Assembly (NCBI GenBank): GCA_964016885.1
Contig: OZ024742.1
Coordinates: 93,992,001 to 94,056,000, forward strand
DNA length: 64,000 bases
Source of the DNA: Eledone cirrhosa
Lineage: Eukaryota
Reading direction: 5' to 3'
Of the stretch, positions 1 to 12,556 are shown piece after piece; the stretch's first letter is position 1, and every line of letters begins with the position of its first letter. The position numbers were made by a program, and so were the translations under genes. The notes under the pieces are model-generated. The model searched no databases. It saw only the letters and a program-made list of their open reading frames with translations, and was not told the DNA's origin.

Positions 1-290
1 CTTAACGGGATCTTCTGAAACTAACAAAGTCAATCTGTGAACGCAGAAGTAAATATTTCAAAAAACGTTGCAACCGAAGGAAGACAGGAAGACGATACTT
101 TGGTTCTTGGAAAGGTTCCCTGTTAAAGAACGGGAAAAAACGAATATAATATGTCATTATTTGGAACGGTGAAAAACAATTACACGTAAAGACAAAACCA
201 CATTTCAATATTTGCTCTGCGGTTATTATATATTTGATATATATTTATCCTTCTTTGGATTTTAGTCTTCAAATTTATTATTATTACTAT
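1..290. mobile_element. Fragment of the Penelope-like pLTR family of 45783-50630, with an inversion junction near 206
   Basis: 1-205 matches 45926 onward and 47794 onward (cttaacgggatcttctgaaac...acgtaaagacaaaaccac); 207-290 matches 50540-50630 (tatttgctct...ggattttagtcttcaaat), i.e. the opposite pLTR orientation. Confidence 0.8.
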
Positions 291-343
291 ATATATATAT
301 ATATATTTGTGTGTGTGTGTGAATATATAAATGTATATATGTA

Positions 344-394
<51 letters not shown>

Positions 395-482
395 TTGTGT
401 CTGTGTGTATATATATATATATATATAAATTAATAAAAACAATGAAATAAACACAAAGAACATGTTCTTTATATTAAACAAA

Positions 483-618
483 TCATCATTTTACGATCGT
501 TTCTGGGATGTATATGTGTGTTGGTATGTATATCATATAGATCTATGTAAAAATATTACAAATTATCAGAGGAAATATACATACCTTCACATATACATGC
601 CGTCCTCAGAAATGATGA
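483..618 (-). ncRNA. Type I hammerhead ribozyme with extended stem II
   Basis: Reverse-complement copy of the motif at 1749-1884. Confidence 0.8.
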
Positions 619-1325
619 GAAGTGTTTATTGAAAGAAACAAAGAATTAATATAAAGGGTCTGTTTGGGAACAGGTTTTGAATTGACCAATAGAAAAGGAG
701 TTAGAAGTCAAGTTGATAGAATGACGGTAGTAGAAATTAAATCTAGGGGTATAGGAGTGCAGACTTATGCTTTGAATGAAAAGAATACTATCGAGATGAA
801 ATGAGGTCAAGTCAAGAAGATAGTGAAGGGTACACGAAAGTTTGATGTTATTAAATAATATTGTTAAAAACGAAGGAAAATAAAATTTTAGGGTAATAAA
901 AGATAAATATATGGAAAATATATTTATCTTTTATTTTTATTGCTTTAATTTCTTACTTCTTTATTTATCACATTCATATGAATTAATATAATTTTATCCC
1001 TGTAAGTATACCTATAAATTAATTTAAGTTCCTGTTATGTATTTAGATTTCTTGTAGTTTAAATAAAATTTGTATTTCTCACTAATACCCCTATCCCCAA
1101 ATTTTATTTTCCTTCGTTTTAACACCATTCTTTAATAACATCAAGTTTTTATTTATCACATTCATATGAAATAATATAACTTTATCCCTGTAAGTAAACG
1201 TATCAATTAATTTAATTTCTTGTTATATATCTAGATCCCTTGTGGGTTAAATAAGATAGGTATTTCTCACTAATACCCTTGCCCTAAAATTTTATTTTCC
1301 TTCGTTTTTAACAATATTATTTAAT

Positions 1326-1510
1326 GTGGATTGGCAGTATCTGTAGAGCGTCGGACGCCATGCTTTGCCGCATAGAGTTACGGCCCTTGCCATTCTGAGT
1401 TCAAATCCCTCCGAGGTTAACTTTGCCTTTCATCCTTACGGGGTCGATAAAATAAAGTACCAATAATGCACTGGGTAGTTGCTGGCCTTGTGCCAAAAGT
1501 TGAAACAATT
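1326..1510 (+). mobile_element. tRNA-derived SINE (Octopus OK-like)
   Basis: A-box-like tggcagtatctgtag, B box gagttcaaatccc, body ctttgcctttcatccttacggggtcgataaaataaagtacc; TSD ttatttaat confirmed against the empty left arm. Confidence 0.85.
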
Positions 1511-1748
1511 ATTTAATAACATCAAACTTTCGTGTACCCTTCACTATCTTCTTGACTTGACATCATTTCATCTCCATAGTATTCTGTTCATTCAAAGCAT
1601 AAGTCTGCACTCCTATACCCCTAGATTTATTTCTACTACAGTCATTCTATCAACTTGACCTCTAACTCCTTTTCTATGGGTCAATTCGAAACTTGTTCCC
1701 AAACAGACCCTTTATATTAATTCTTTGTTTTTTTTCAATAAACACATC

Positions 1749-1884
1749 TCATCATTTCTGAGGACGGCATGTATATGTGAAGGTATATATATTACCTCTG
1801 ATAATTTGTAATATTTTTACATAGATCTATATGATATACATACCAACACACATATACATCCCAGAAACGATCGTAAAATGATGA
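1749..1884 (+). ncRNA. Type I hammerhead ribozyme with extended stem II
   Basis: tcatcattt-CTGAGGA-[cggcatgtatatgtg...cacatatacatccca]-GAAA-cgatcg-TA-aaatgatga: 9-bp stem I, long stem II, palindromic stem III. Confidence 0.85.
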
Positions 1885-2101
1885 TTTTTTTAATATAAAG
1901 AACTTGTTCTTTGTGTTTATTTCATTGTTTTTATTAATTTATCTTGACTCTGCTTTCCTATGATTTTTATCGTAAATGTTTGAATGCATCTTCTCTTTTC
2001 ATGATATCTTCTATATTTGGATTACATTGAGTTCTTCATACGGACTGGACATTACCATATATTTTGGTAGATCTCTCTCTCTCTCCCTCTCTCTCTCTCT
2101 C

Positions 2102-2178
<77 letters not shown>

Positions 2179-2210
2179 ACTGCCTCTCTGTTTTTGTTCT
2201 TGTCTACGAT

Positions 2211-2263
<53 letters not shown>

Positions 2264-2441
2264 ATTTAGTATATCTACTAACATATGCGTACAGATGTAC
2301 GCTAATGCTACCAAATACACAGGTTATGTCATAGTACCTGGGTGGTTCAATGCAGGAGGATGCAGAACAATAATATAAAAGACGTAAAATAAGAAAATTA
2401 AAAAGAAATTTTAAAAAATTAACTTACTTACTAAAATGTTC

Positions 2442-2523
2442 ACTCCAACTAATTAGTTTCTGCAATGCGATAAAGACAGTTACGTAATCCAACTGTCGAG
2501 AATTCATTGCGTCATCAGGGAGT
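2442..2523 (-). ncRNA. Type I hammerhead ribozyme (array unit 1)
   Basis: Minus strand: actcc-CTGATGA-cgcaatg..gacagtt/aactgtc..cattgca-GAAA-ctaattag-TT-ggagt. Confidence 0.8.
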
Positions 2524-2985
2524 CTATTCTCAGCTAAGTCTCCAGGCAATGCGCGGACACTGGGGACTCATATAAAAATAATAATAATTCGGTAGATGGA
2601 ACAGCTAGCGGGGCTGGATTCCATATACTGAAAAGCTCGCTGTCTCAGGTCAAATGGCAGATTCTAAAGAATCAATCACGTGACACTGAGGCTAGTCGGT
2701 AGGAGTGGGATGGCAAGATGACAGAAGCCTACTATCACACCAATAAATTAGTAGTGGTTTTGGCAGGTTTGCTCGACAAATAAGTAATTTGGAGATAAAT
2801 ATAGAGAATTTAGTATATCTACTAACATATGCGTACAGATGTACGCTAATGCTAGCAAATACACAGGTTATGTCATAGTAACTAGATGGTTCAATGCAGG
2901 AGGATGCAGAACAATAATATAAAAGACGTAAAATAAGAAAATTAAAAAATTTTTTTTTAAAATTAACTTACTTACTAAAATGTTC

Positions 2986-3067
2986 ACTCCAACTAATTAG
3001 TTTCTGCAATGGGATAAAGACAGTTACGTAATCCAACTGTCGAGAATTCATTGCGTCATCAGGGAAT
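2986..3067 (-). ncRNA. Type I hammerhead ribozyme (array unit 2)
   Basis: Same motif; stem I attcc/ggagt with a G-U pair. Confidence 0.75.
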
Positions 3068-3509
3068 CTATTCTCAGCTAAGTATCCAGGCAATGCGCGG
3101 ACACTGGAGACTCATATAAAAATAATAATAATTCGGTAGATGGAACAGCTAGCGGGGGCTGGATTCCATGTACTGAAAAGGCAGATTCTAAAGAATCAAT
3201 CACGTGACACTGAGGCTAGTCGGTAGGAGTGGGATAGTAAGATGACAGAAGCCTACTATCACACCAATAAATTAGTAGTGGTTTTGGCAGGTTTGCTCGA
3301 CAAATAAGTAATTTGGAGATAAATATTGAGAATTTAGTATATCTACTAACATATGCGTACAGATGTACGCTAATGCTAGCAAATACACAGGTTATGTCAT
3401 AGTAACTAGATGGTTCAATGCAGGAGGATGCAGAACAATAATATAAAAGACGTAAAATAAGAAAATTAAAAAAAATTTTTTTTAAATTAACTTACTTACT
3501 AAAATGTTC

Positions 3510-3591
3510 ACTCCAACTAATTAGTTTCTGCAATGGGATAAAGACAGTTACGTAATCCAACTGTCGAGAATTCATTGCGTCATCAGGGAAT
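3510..3591 (-). ncRNA. Type I hammerhead ribozyme (array unit 3)
   Basis: Same motif as unit 2. Confidence 0.75.
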
Positions 3592-4439
3592 CTATTCTCA
3601 GCTAAGTCTCCAGGCAATGCGCGGACACTGGGGACTCATATAAAAATAATAATAATTCGGTAGATGGAACAGCTAGCGGGGGCTGGATTCCATGTACTGA
3701 AAAGGCAGATTCTAAAGAATCAATCACGTGACACTGAGGCTAGTCGGTAGGAGTGGGATAGTAAGATGACAGAAGCCTACTATCACACCAATAAATTAGT
3801 AGTGGTTTTGGCAGGTTTGCTCGACAAATAAGTAATTTGGAGATAAATATAGAGAATTTAGTATATCTACTAACATATGCGTATAGATGTACGCTAATGC
3901 TAGCTAATACACAGGTTATGTCATAGTACCTAGGTCGTTCAATGCAGGAGGATGCAGAACAATAATATAAAAGACGTAAAATAAGAAAATTTTAAAAAAA
4001 TTAAAAAAAATTAACTTACTTACTAAATTATATACTTACTTATATTATTGTTCTGCATCCTCCTGCATTGAACCACCTAGGTACTATGACATAACCTGTG
4101 TATTTGCTAGCATTAGCGTACATCTGTACGCATATGTTAGTAGATATACTAAATTCTCTATATTTATCTCCAAATTACTTATTTGTGGATCAAACCTCCC
4201 GAAACCACTACTAATTTATTGGTGTGATAGTAGGCTTCTGTCATCTTACTATCCCACTCCTACCGACTAGCCTCAGTGTCACGTGATTGATTCTTTAGAA
4301 TCTGCCATTTGACCTGAGACAGCGAGCTTTTCAGTACATGGAATCCAGGCACCGCTAGCTGTTCCATCTACCGAATTATTATTATTTTTATATGAGTCCC
4401 CAGTGTCCGCGCATTGCCTGGAGACTTAGCTGAGAATAG

Positions 4440-4521
4440 ACACCCTGATGACGCAATGAATTCTCGACAGTTGGATTACGTAACTGTCTTTATCCAATTG
4501 CAGAAACTAATTAGTTGGAGT
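4440..4521 (+). ncRNA. Type I hammerhead ribozyme (inverted unit)
   Basis: acacc-CTGATGA-cgcaat...attgca-GAAA-ctaattag-TT-ggagt; one stem I mismatch. Confidence 0.65.
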
Positions 4522-4594
4522 GAAAATTTTAGTAAGTTAATTTTTTAAAATTTCTTTTAAACTTTCTTATTTTACGTCTTTTATATATATATAT

Positions 4595-5010
4595 AAGTAT
4601 GTACACGTACATACATATATGTATACCGACGTACAGTAGTATGTATATATATATACATACATGCACACATATATATATGCACGTATGGATTCACCGAACA
4701 TTTATTATAATGCTCGGTGTGTTTGTAAACAAACATCCCGTATTAAGCCGTAGTGTCTAGCAACCACCGTTGCTCGTTTGTTCAACACTGACAAAGGAAC
4801 GCTGTACTAGTTTCAAGCTTGTTAGCTATCGTCAGCAACGTATACCTTCCTGCCAGATTGTTGAACGTATATACTTACCTTATGCATATTAACGGCTGAG
4901 TAGCCCAATTTGCATATCGAGTGGGTTAATCGGCCGGGGGCACCGAAAACGATAAACGGAAAAAATGAAACGATATTTCATTTCCCACTCTTAGTACGGC
5001 TGTTAGAGGC
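4595..5010. repeat. Diverged solo relative of the ~470 bp unit arrayed at 62115-64000
   Basis: Shared blocks: gacgtacagtag, tgttcaacactgaca, tactagtttcaagcttgttagctatc, attaacggctgag, ccgaaaacgataa, cactcttagta. Confidence 0.85.
4799..4841 (-). ncRNA. Minimal type I hammerhead ribozyme
   Basis: Minus strand: acgttg-CTGACGA-tagct aaca agctt-GAAA-ctag-TA-cagcgt. Confidence 0.85.
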
Positions 5011-5034
5011 ACAAAACAAAGAAAAGAATCCCCG

Positions 5035-5077
5035 GTCACTGATGAGGTCACAGAATGTGTGACGAAAGAACTTTGAC
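5035..5077 (+). ncRNA. Minimal type I hammerhead ribozyme
   Basis: gtca-CTGATGA-g gtcaca gaatg tgtgac-GAAA-gaac-TT-tgac. Confidence 0.7.
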
Positions 5078-5166
5078 AATATATGAACAACCGTCCGGTT
5101 GTGGAACCAACCAACCAACCGGAAATTTATAATTTTTTTTAAATTTATAATTTAATTTATAATAAA

Positions 5167-6098
5167 CTAGCAGTAAAGCCCGGCGTTGCTCGGGGTCGCT
5201 CAGTAGCTGTGTTAAAGTTACAATGTTAAGTTTCTTTCTTGGCTTAAAAACTGTAGTGTCTACTGTGCAGACTTGCATGTGGTGTTTTTGATTAATATTC
5301 CCTCAACCAACAATATGCCTTATGAAGTTAAGAAAACATAACGATAACCCGAATGTTATAACAAAAGAGGATGCTGGGGATAAAAACTGCACTGGTTATT
5401 TATTAACAAAGATCGAAAATGTAAACACTGCAACGCAGAGAAAAACATTAGCGTAACCAAATTATCAGTTATGTCTGTCTGCACGCCTATATCACCTCTC
5501 TGCACCACTGTCTGTCTGCACGCCTATATCACCTCTCTGCACGACTGTCTGTCTGCACGCCTATATCACCTCTCTGCACGACTGTCTGTCTGCACGCGTA
5601 TATCACCTCTCTGCACGACTGTCTGTCTGCACGCCTAACGACGAAATATTTGCTTGTTTTACGTAGTCTTTAAATAGACTTGTTTTCAAGTAAAAATATT
5701 GTTTTAAAATGCTTTTAAATGGAAATGAAGCAAAACGGAAGCTTAGTGTTCGAACTGATGAATTTTGCAGGTCAATATTTTGCTGGCTCGACAACTGTTC
5801 GTGTATTGTGTTAATGTCATTTTAAACGCTGAGAAAGCCAGCGTAATTTTTTACGTAAGAGGCTCAATGTAAACAGAACAAAGGGAAATAACTGATAACT
5901 TACGCTCAAAAATCGATACATTATATTCGATTTCGTCACATAGGGTGGGTCAATTTGAAATATTTTTTTTCCGATGTCTTCACTAGGGCTCAATGTACAA
6001 GTATAGCAATTTCGGTGCAATTCCGTGAGAGATTCTAAGAGGAGATGTGTGCCAAATATCGATAGACAGACAGACAACCACAGTTTTATATATATAGA
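5167..6098 (-). mobile_element. Non-autonomous Helitron with an internal 37-bp minisatellite
   Basis: Minus strand starts TCtatatatataaaa and ends with hairpin cccgagcaacgccggg then CTAG; inserted between A and T with no TSD; same 3' hairpin as the helicase-bearing element at 36584-38288. Confidence 0.9.
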
Positions 6099-6207
6099 TT
6101 AGAGTGTAAGCAACTGGTGCGTGTGTTTCTTATTGTCATCATGACCCTCCCAAAGTATAACAATATCGGTTTCAGATAAAGTATCTTGCTAAACAAATTC
6201 AGAAACG

Positions 6208-6258
<51 letters not shown>

Positions 6259-6608
6259 GTAGTTTAGAAAGCCACAACAATGCAGATGGGAAATCTCGAG
6301 GTAAGAAGTGAGTGAGAAATAGGAGAAAAGTGAAAATTGAGAGAAACGAAAATGAATACAAAACAAAGGTAGAAGGGTTACCGTAGTGGAGATTTAATTC
6401 CAATATTTTCGGCTCACGCCCATCAACGGGGGGAAAGTTCCAAAAGGGGGGGAACAGGCTAAGCCGGAGAAAGTTGTATTGTCATTAAAACATAGGAATG
6501 CCGTTATGGGGAAACGAGGGAAAGAATGCGCGTGCGCGTGATAGGCTGTGGCAAAAGCTACTGACAAATTGGGTTAAATCAATAGGGTGCGCTAGCGTGT
6601 GAAAGCCG

Positions 6609-6890
<282 letters not shown>

Positions 6891-7290
6891 GTATCCTATA
6901 CATTACCATATCTCAAATGAAATTGCATATAATTTTGAATTTAATCCAGAATTGTGGCAGGAAACTTTGGTTATATAGCCAACTCCCTCACTGCTATGCT
7001 GGTGGTAGGAACATTGCTTAAGTGAGTTTGTTACACCAACGTATGACGTAAGATATTCGATAAATAAATACACCAGAGAAATGTGTACACAGAATCAAGG
7101 GCAGTTGCAGGCAGTTTAGTTTAATTTCACATCCTGTAACACACACACGCGCGCGCACACACACACAAGCACACACACGCACACACACACACACATACAC
7201 ACACACATACACACACATATATATATATATTTATGGTAAACTTGTTGACTAATCGGGTTGCGTACGTCACACACTACTCAGTGAATAATA

Positions 7291-7471
7291 ATTGTTTCTA
7301 CTTTTGGCACAAGGCCAGCAATTACGCAGTGTATTACTGGTACTTTATTTTATCGACCCCGTAAGGATGAAAGGCAAAGTCAACCTCGGCGGGATTTGAA
7401 CTCAGATCTCAAAGTGATGTAACTATGCTGGAAAGCATGGCGTCCGACCCTCTACCGATACTGCCAATCCC
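7291..7471 (-). mobile_element. OK-like tRNA SINE
   Basis: Reverse complement of the 1326-1510 family; TSD actcagtgaataata(at) on both sides. Confidence 0.85.
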
Positions 7472-8067
7472 ACTCAGTGAATAATAATGCAATTCGACTT
7501 AAGCACTCACCGTCATTTATTTTCTTCCACTTGTCAGTTAATCGCGAAGTGCATGTAGAATTGGGAAAATGGGAAGTTCGGTGTAGATGTTGAAATGTCC
7601 TTCATTAACAAAGTTGTGATACATATTTCAATGGCAATCGAGGCTATGTTATTGTTCAACATAAGTGGATAGATAAATTAATGCTAGGGTTTAGAAATTA
7701 GAATTCCACATTGAAAATAAATAAAATTAAAACTTCAGAATTAACATCTAAAATAACAAAAATTAAATGGCTAGATGTATAAATTAGTGCTAGAAATTAC
7801 GCCGCGCCCTAAGCCCACAGCCAAATCCGTATCCCCCATCCCATTCTTCTTTGACCCTAGAATCCTTGCCATTAATCTCCCTTTCCTGTTTTTTTCTTTA
7901 TATTTTCCTATTTTACATTCCATTCTTTCTTCTCATTCTAAATTGCTATAGCTTCATATGAGAGAAATAATTAAAAATGTTATAGTGGTTTCAGCACTCA
8001 ACATTAAATATTCAGAACTAATGATCAACAATTGAATATTACGAGTTAAGATATTAAGTAGTGTCAT

Positions 8068-8212
8068 AATTGTTTCTATATTTGGCACAAGGCCAGCAAT
8101 TATCACAGTGTATTACTGGTACTTCATGTTATCGACCCCTTAAGGATGAAAGGCAAAGTCAACCTCGGCGGGATTTGAACTCAGACCATAAAGGGCCGTA
8201 ACTCTTTGCTGC
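8068..8212 (-). mobile_element. OK-like SINE, 5'-truncated
   Basis: Matches the SINE body; absent from the opposite foldback arm. Confidence 0.8.
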
Positions 8213-8988
8213 AAATGACTTATATAATGTACAAGATAGAGACATTTATTAATCGGGTTTATAAACCCAAATAGGTAAATACTGAGAACCAATAACGATG
8301 TATAGCAGAGAAATGTAAAGCATAAAAGGTAATAATTGATCAATTAATTACCTCAGTTAATGAATTAAATAAAAAAGGAAAAATTTAAAGAAATGAAAGA
8401 GAGAAAAAAGGAAAACTAACGAAATAAGTGAAAGGTGCCGAAATGGAAATAAAGGTGATAAGAGTTGGTGAATTTGAGTGAGTTCTGTTATATTCCGAAG
8501 CAGCAGTTATAACTGAACTCATAATTGGTCAACTTTTATCACCTTTACCCTGTAACGTTATTTCTATTTGGACACCTTTCAAATATTTCTTCATTTTTTC
8601 GTTTTTTCCTCACTTCTTTCCAATTTGTTTGTTCCTTGTTGCTTTTTTATTCAATTGAGTGACCTAGATATTAACTAAATAATTGATTAATTATTACCTT
8701 TTATGCTTTAAATTTCTCTGCTCTATTTCTTTATTGGTTCTCAGTATTTACCTATTTGGGTTTATTAGTAACCCGACTAATAAATGTCTCTACCCCTCTC
8801 TCGTACATTATAGAAGTCGTGTACATCATATAATATGACACTACTTAATGTTTTAACTCGTAACATTCAATTGTTAATCATTAGTTCTGAATATTTAATG
8901 TTCAATCTGAAACCAAATTTCTAATTTCTAACACTAATTCTTCCCATGTATTTTTTCAAAATTTTAAACGTTAATTAAGAAATTTTAA

Positions 8989-9208
8989 CCCTTTAGCATT
9001 TAAACTGGCCGTATCCGGTCAGAATTCTTTCATCACTTTCTGTTGAAACTGGCCATAACAGGCTGCTCATACTTATATTAAGATATTGTTCTCAAAATAA
9101 ATAATATCAAAATATCATAGATATTTGACGGCCGTGAGATAATTATGTGAAGTAAATCCTTTACCGTGAGAATATAACTATATATAGAGTAATATAAATG
9201 CTAAAGGG
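8989..9208. mobile_element. piggyBac-type MITE
   Basis: TTAA|ccctttagcattta ... taaatgctaaaggg|TTAA: 14-bp TIR, CCC/GGG ends, TTAA TSD. Confidence 0.85.
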
Positions 9209-9233
9209 TTAATGTTTTAATTTTCAATGTGGA

Positions 9234-10253
9234 TGTAGTGATCTAAATTCCGCGGGCTCACATACATTCTCTGTGCGTGATTTAGCTCAGCTCAGCCAAT
9301 CAGCGCCAGTGGAAGAGAATGTATCCCTACGCGCCCTGGGGGAGAAATTCCCCGCGAGGATTTGAAAAATCAGCCTCTCGCATCCTGAACTTCGAAGGAA
9401 CAACACGTACAACATGTAACGGTGAGATTTTGCACTTTGGCCTGCCTCGGGCCTGGCACAATGGCACATTCCTTTTGTAACCTTTTTTAGGTTGAACTAC
9501 AATCACACAATTTGGCAAACATTACTTTGTGCCACAACAAATAAACATACTTTTCATCTCACGAACATTCTTCTTGTTGACGTTGTTATCAAGTTACTCG
9601 TTTGTCGATATGACTAACACATCTTTCTACCAAACTGATTACTGGTGGCGTTATAACAATTACATTATTTCCTCTAACAACTTTGTTACTACAGTAAAAC
9701 ACCCTCATCATCTGCTAAATGGAATTCTAATTTCTACACCCTAGCATTAATGTATCTATCCACATATGTTGATGAGGAGTTAAACAATAATTCACTCAAT
9801 ATAAATTTGGTGTAGGTATATTGTCACCAATTTGGTAGAGAATAGTAAAGTTGCCACGAGGAACCACCCGTTTGGTAGAAAGATATGATAGGAATATCGA
9901 CAACAACTTTAGCTTGGTTTTACATTATTTATTAACAGAGGTTGAGCTGGCATGCCACGAGAAATAAAACAATTCAATTAAGATTACAAGAGAAAATACG
10001 GTCGACTGGCTGAGGCGTTTACCCAATTCCGTAGTAAAATTGTTGTGTCGTTACATATTGTTTGTGTTGGCGGAGCAAAAGAACAAGTGGTGTTTACCTT
10101 AACACGGACTAGCTAGCGTCCGCAAATCTTTGCGGGCTATTTCTCACTCAGAACGCGTAGGGATACATCCTCTTCTACTGGCGCTGATTGGCTGAGCTGA
10201 GCCAAATCACGCACAGAGAATGTATGTGAGCCCGCGGAATGTAGGTCACTACA
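9234..10253. mobile_element. Non-autonomous TIR element with ~105 bp TIRs
   Basis: tgtagtgatctaaattccgcgggctcac...ccctacgcg (9234-9333) is inverted at 10154-10253; no clear TSD; superfamily unassigned. Confidence 0.7.
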
Positions 10254-10762
10254 TAAACTTTTACGATCAATGGGATGTTATGCCTTGTCGCATCATATAA
10301 CAGTGACAGTATACGAAGTGATGCATGCATAACACCACAAGATTTCTGGCTTACTTGTGCTGGTGTCAGCAGGACGTGAGCCTAGCAGTAAACACAAACA
10401 TCTTAGGATGAATTGAAAAATGTGAACGTAGTATCTCATCGGCTATGGTAGGGGAGACTTTGTATGTGAGATTGGCTTGTCTCTGTGGCCTTAGCAGCTT
10501 GAATGGAGTGGGTGATAGATGGATAGCTAGTCAGTCCACCAACTCCACGCCTGAGCAAAGCTGTAGAGTCGAACAAAGGTTCACAAGTGAATGGACTTCG
10601 GGTATGAAAACATCATTTATGTTCGTTCCTTTGCCTTTAGATTGGATTGCCCCAGGCACGTAACCTTTTTACATAAGATGATGTCTGGTGATATCGCGTG
10701 ACGGGTTATATGACTTAACAATCACGACTTTTTATCATCTAAACCGAACTTCACATTTTCCT

Positions 10763-10863
<101 letters not shown>

Positions 10864-11199
10864 AAGTTTAAACTGTTGAAAGATCAAACTCAGAAACTTA
10901 GGCCAATATATATATTAATAGATAGATATATTGTAAACACCTTTTCTTTTTGTCATGTTTTTTCTACCATACGGAGTTTTTACATTTTCCTATGGGATTT
11001 TTGAATGTTTCTAGACTTTTACAATTCTACCAGGACTTGAAGTGTTGTTAGTATTGACATACCTCTTTCGTTGTAGGTAAATATAATTTATATAAACCTC
11101 ACTTCCAGGATTTGTGTTGGTTTTATTGCCAGATTTTGAAATTTAATTTTGATCATTGAACTTATATGTCAATAGTCAAGGGTTATGTATGTATTTTAG

Positions 11200-11760
11200 C
11201 AATGTATTGTGATATCATTACCACTTCTATGATTGTCTATTTGTTTTGTGAAATTATGTATGATATGGATGTATTGTCTGCTTCTATCCAGCTTTGTTTT
11301 GAGGTGTGAGCAATTTCTCCTTGTAGTATATGCATGGAAAGCATACGAGAGAATGCTGGTGTATGGCATATTTACATAAATGATACAGTTATTGTAACAA
11401 AGTTTACAATTTTCATTTTCACAATCGAATTTATAATTCAAGTTATTGGAGATATTGTTCAATGCGACAGCGTTTGGTAAAACATTCTTGCATTTAGATT
11501 AATATCTATGGAAGAAACTTTTCCCAGTTATATTTAACATGCATCTTTTTAATCTCATTTCTATAAACAAAGTCAACAATATGCTCTTTCAAATTGTAGA
11601 TGTAATTTGTGAATTTTGTTGTATTCAACTATTTTAAATGTCTAAAAGAAAAAATAATGATGAAAGTAAAATTCATTTAGATGAACTAAATGAATATGGC
11701 TGCAAATATGTAAGAGAATAATATTACAGGTACGATAAAGTAATTGTTTTGTGAAATTGG
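11200..11760 (-). pseudogene. Possible highly decayed retroelement (PLE-like) relic
   Basis: CENENCKLC resembles the PLE linker Cys motif; otherwise frameshifted and unalignable by eye. Confidence 0.25.
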
Positions 11761-11970
11761 AAAGATTAAAGTGTTTATATGTGTATAGTAGATTATCTTT
11801 GGCAAATAGGATGTGTAAACGTACATAAACGTACATACATATGTTGCAATATGTGCTATTTGCCGTGTATATTTATTCTGGATAAAACGTATCCATTTTT
11901 TAATTGTAGAAATAGCAAGCTTGCAGACTTTAGTTCATACTATTGAGAATTGATGGGTATTTGTCTCTCC

Positions 11971-12059
<89 letters not shown>

Positions 12060-12494
12060 TCGCCAGTCGTAACAGCACTTCCAAGCTGGTTGTACATGTC
12101 AAACCTGTCCATGAGGATAATGAACAGGAGTGGTGAAAGTACGCTTCCTTGGTGAAGATCAACGCCCATATTGCATGGTTTCGACTAAACACAATTTATA
12201 TGAACACAAATCCTTAGCATTCATAGAGAGACTTCAGGACAACTAGACACTGTCCATTGATCCCATATTCCTGCAGAACCTTCCACAACAGGTCCCATGT
12301 AATGCGGCCATTTGCCTTTTTGAGTTCTACGGAACAAAAATTAATCTCTTGGCAATACTCGAATGATTTCTAAAACATCTGCCACTGTGGGAATATTTGA
12401 TGTTTATACTTATTATGAATTAAAAACGGGAGGTATATTTACATTACACTTATCTTAGATATTCTAATATGTGCTTAAATTATATATTATATGT

Positions 12495-12556
<62 letters not shown>

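Larger units (their letters stand above)
428..1940. repeat. Large inverted repeat (arms ~428-895 and ~1270-1940) with a ~190 bp tandem duplication in the centre; each arm carries a hammerhead
   Basis: aattaataaaaacaatgaaataaacacaaagaac... at 428 is the reverse complement of 1905-1940; 960-1140 repeats at 1150-1325; the right arm is interrupted by a SINE. Confidence 0.9.
2259..4583. repeat. Tandem array of a ~525-545 bp non-coding unit (3 full + 1 partial direct copies, then one inverted copy); one hammerhead per full unit
   Basis: agagaatttagtatatctactaacatatgcg recurs at ~2259, 2803, 3328 and 3852; the inverted copy spans ~4040-4583. Confidence 0.95.
7655..9775. repeat. Degenerate foldback (inverted-repeat) structure centred near 8520 with nested insertions
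   Basis: 7655-7710 is inverted at 9721-9772, 7990-8068 at 8835-8915, 8220-8350 at 8680-8812 and 8420-8465 at 8530-8585. Confidence 0.75.

Noticed and set aside
5470-5640. 37-bp repeats as a CRISPR array
   Set aside because: Head-to-tail repeats without unique spacers, no cas genes, eukaryotic context.
6398-6435. Degenerate hammerhead-like motif (TTGATGG-gcgtgagcc-GAAA-ata-TT) on the minus strand
   Set aside because: Core too altered and stem I weak; possibly a relic but not supportable.
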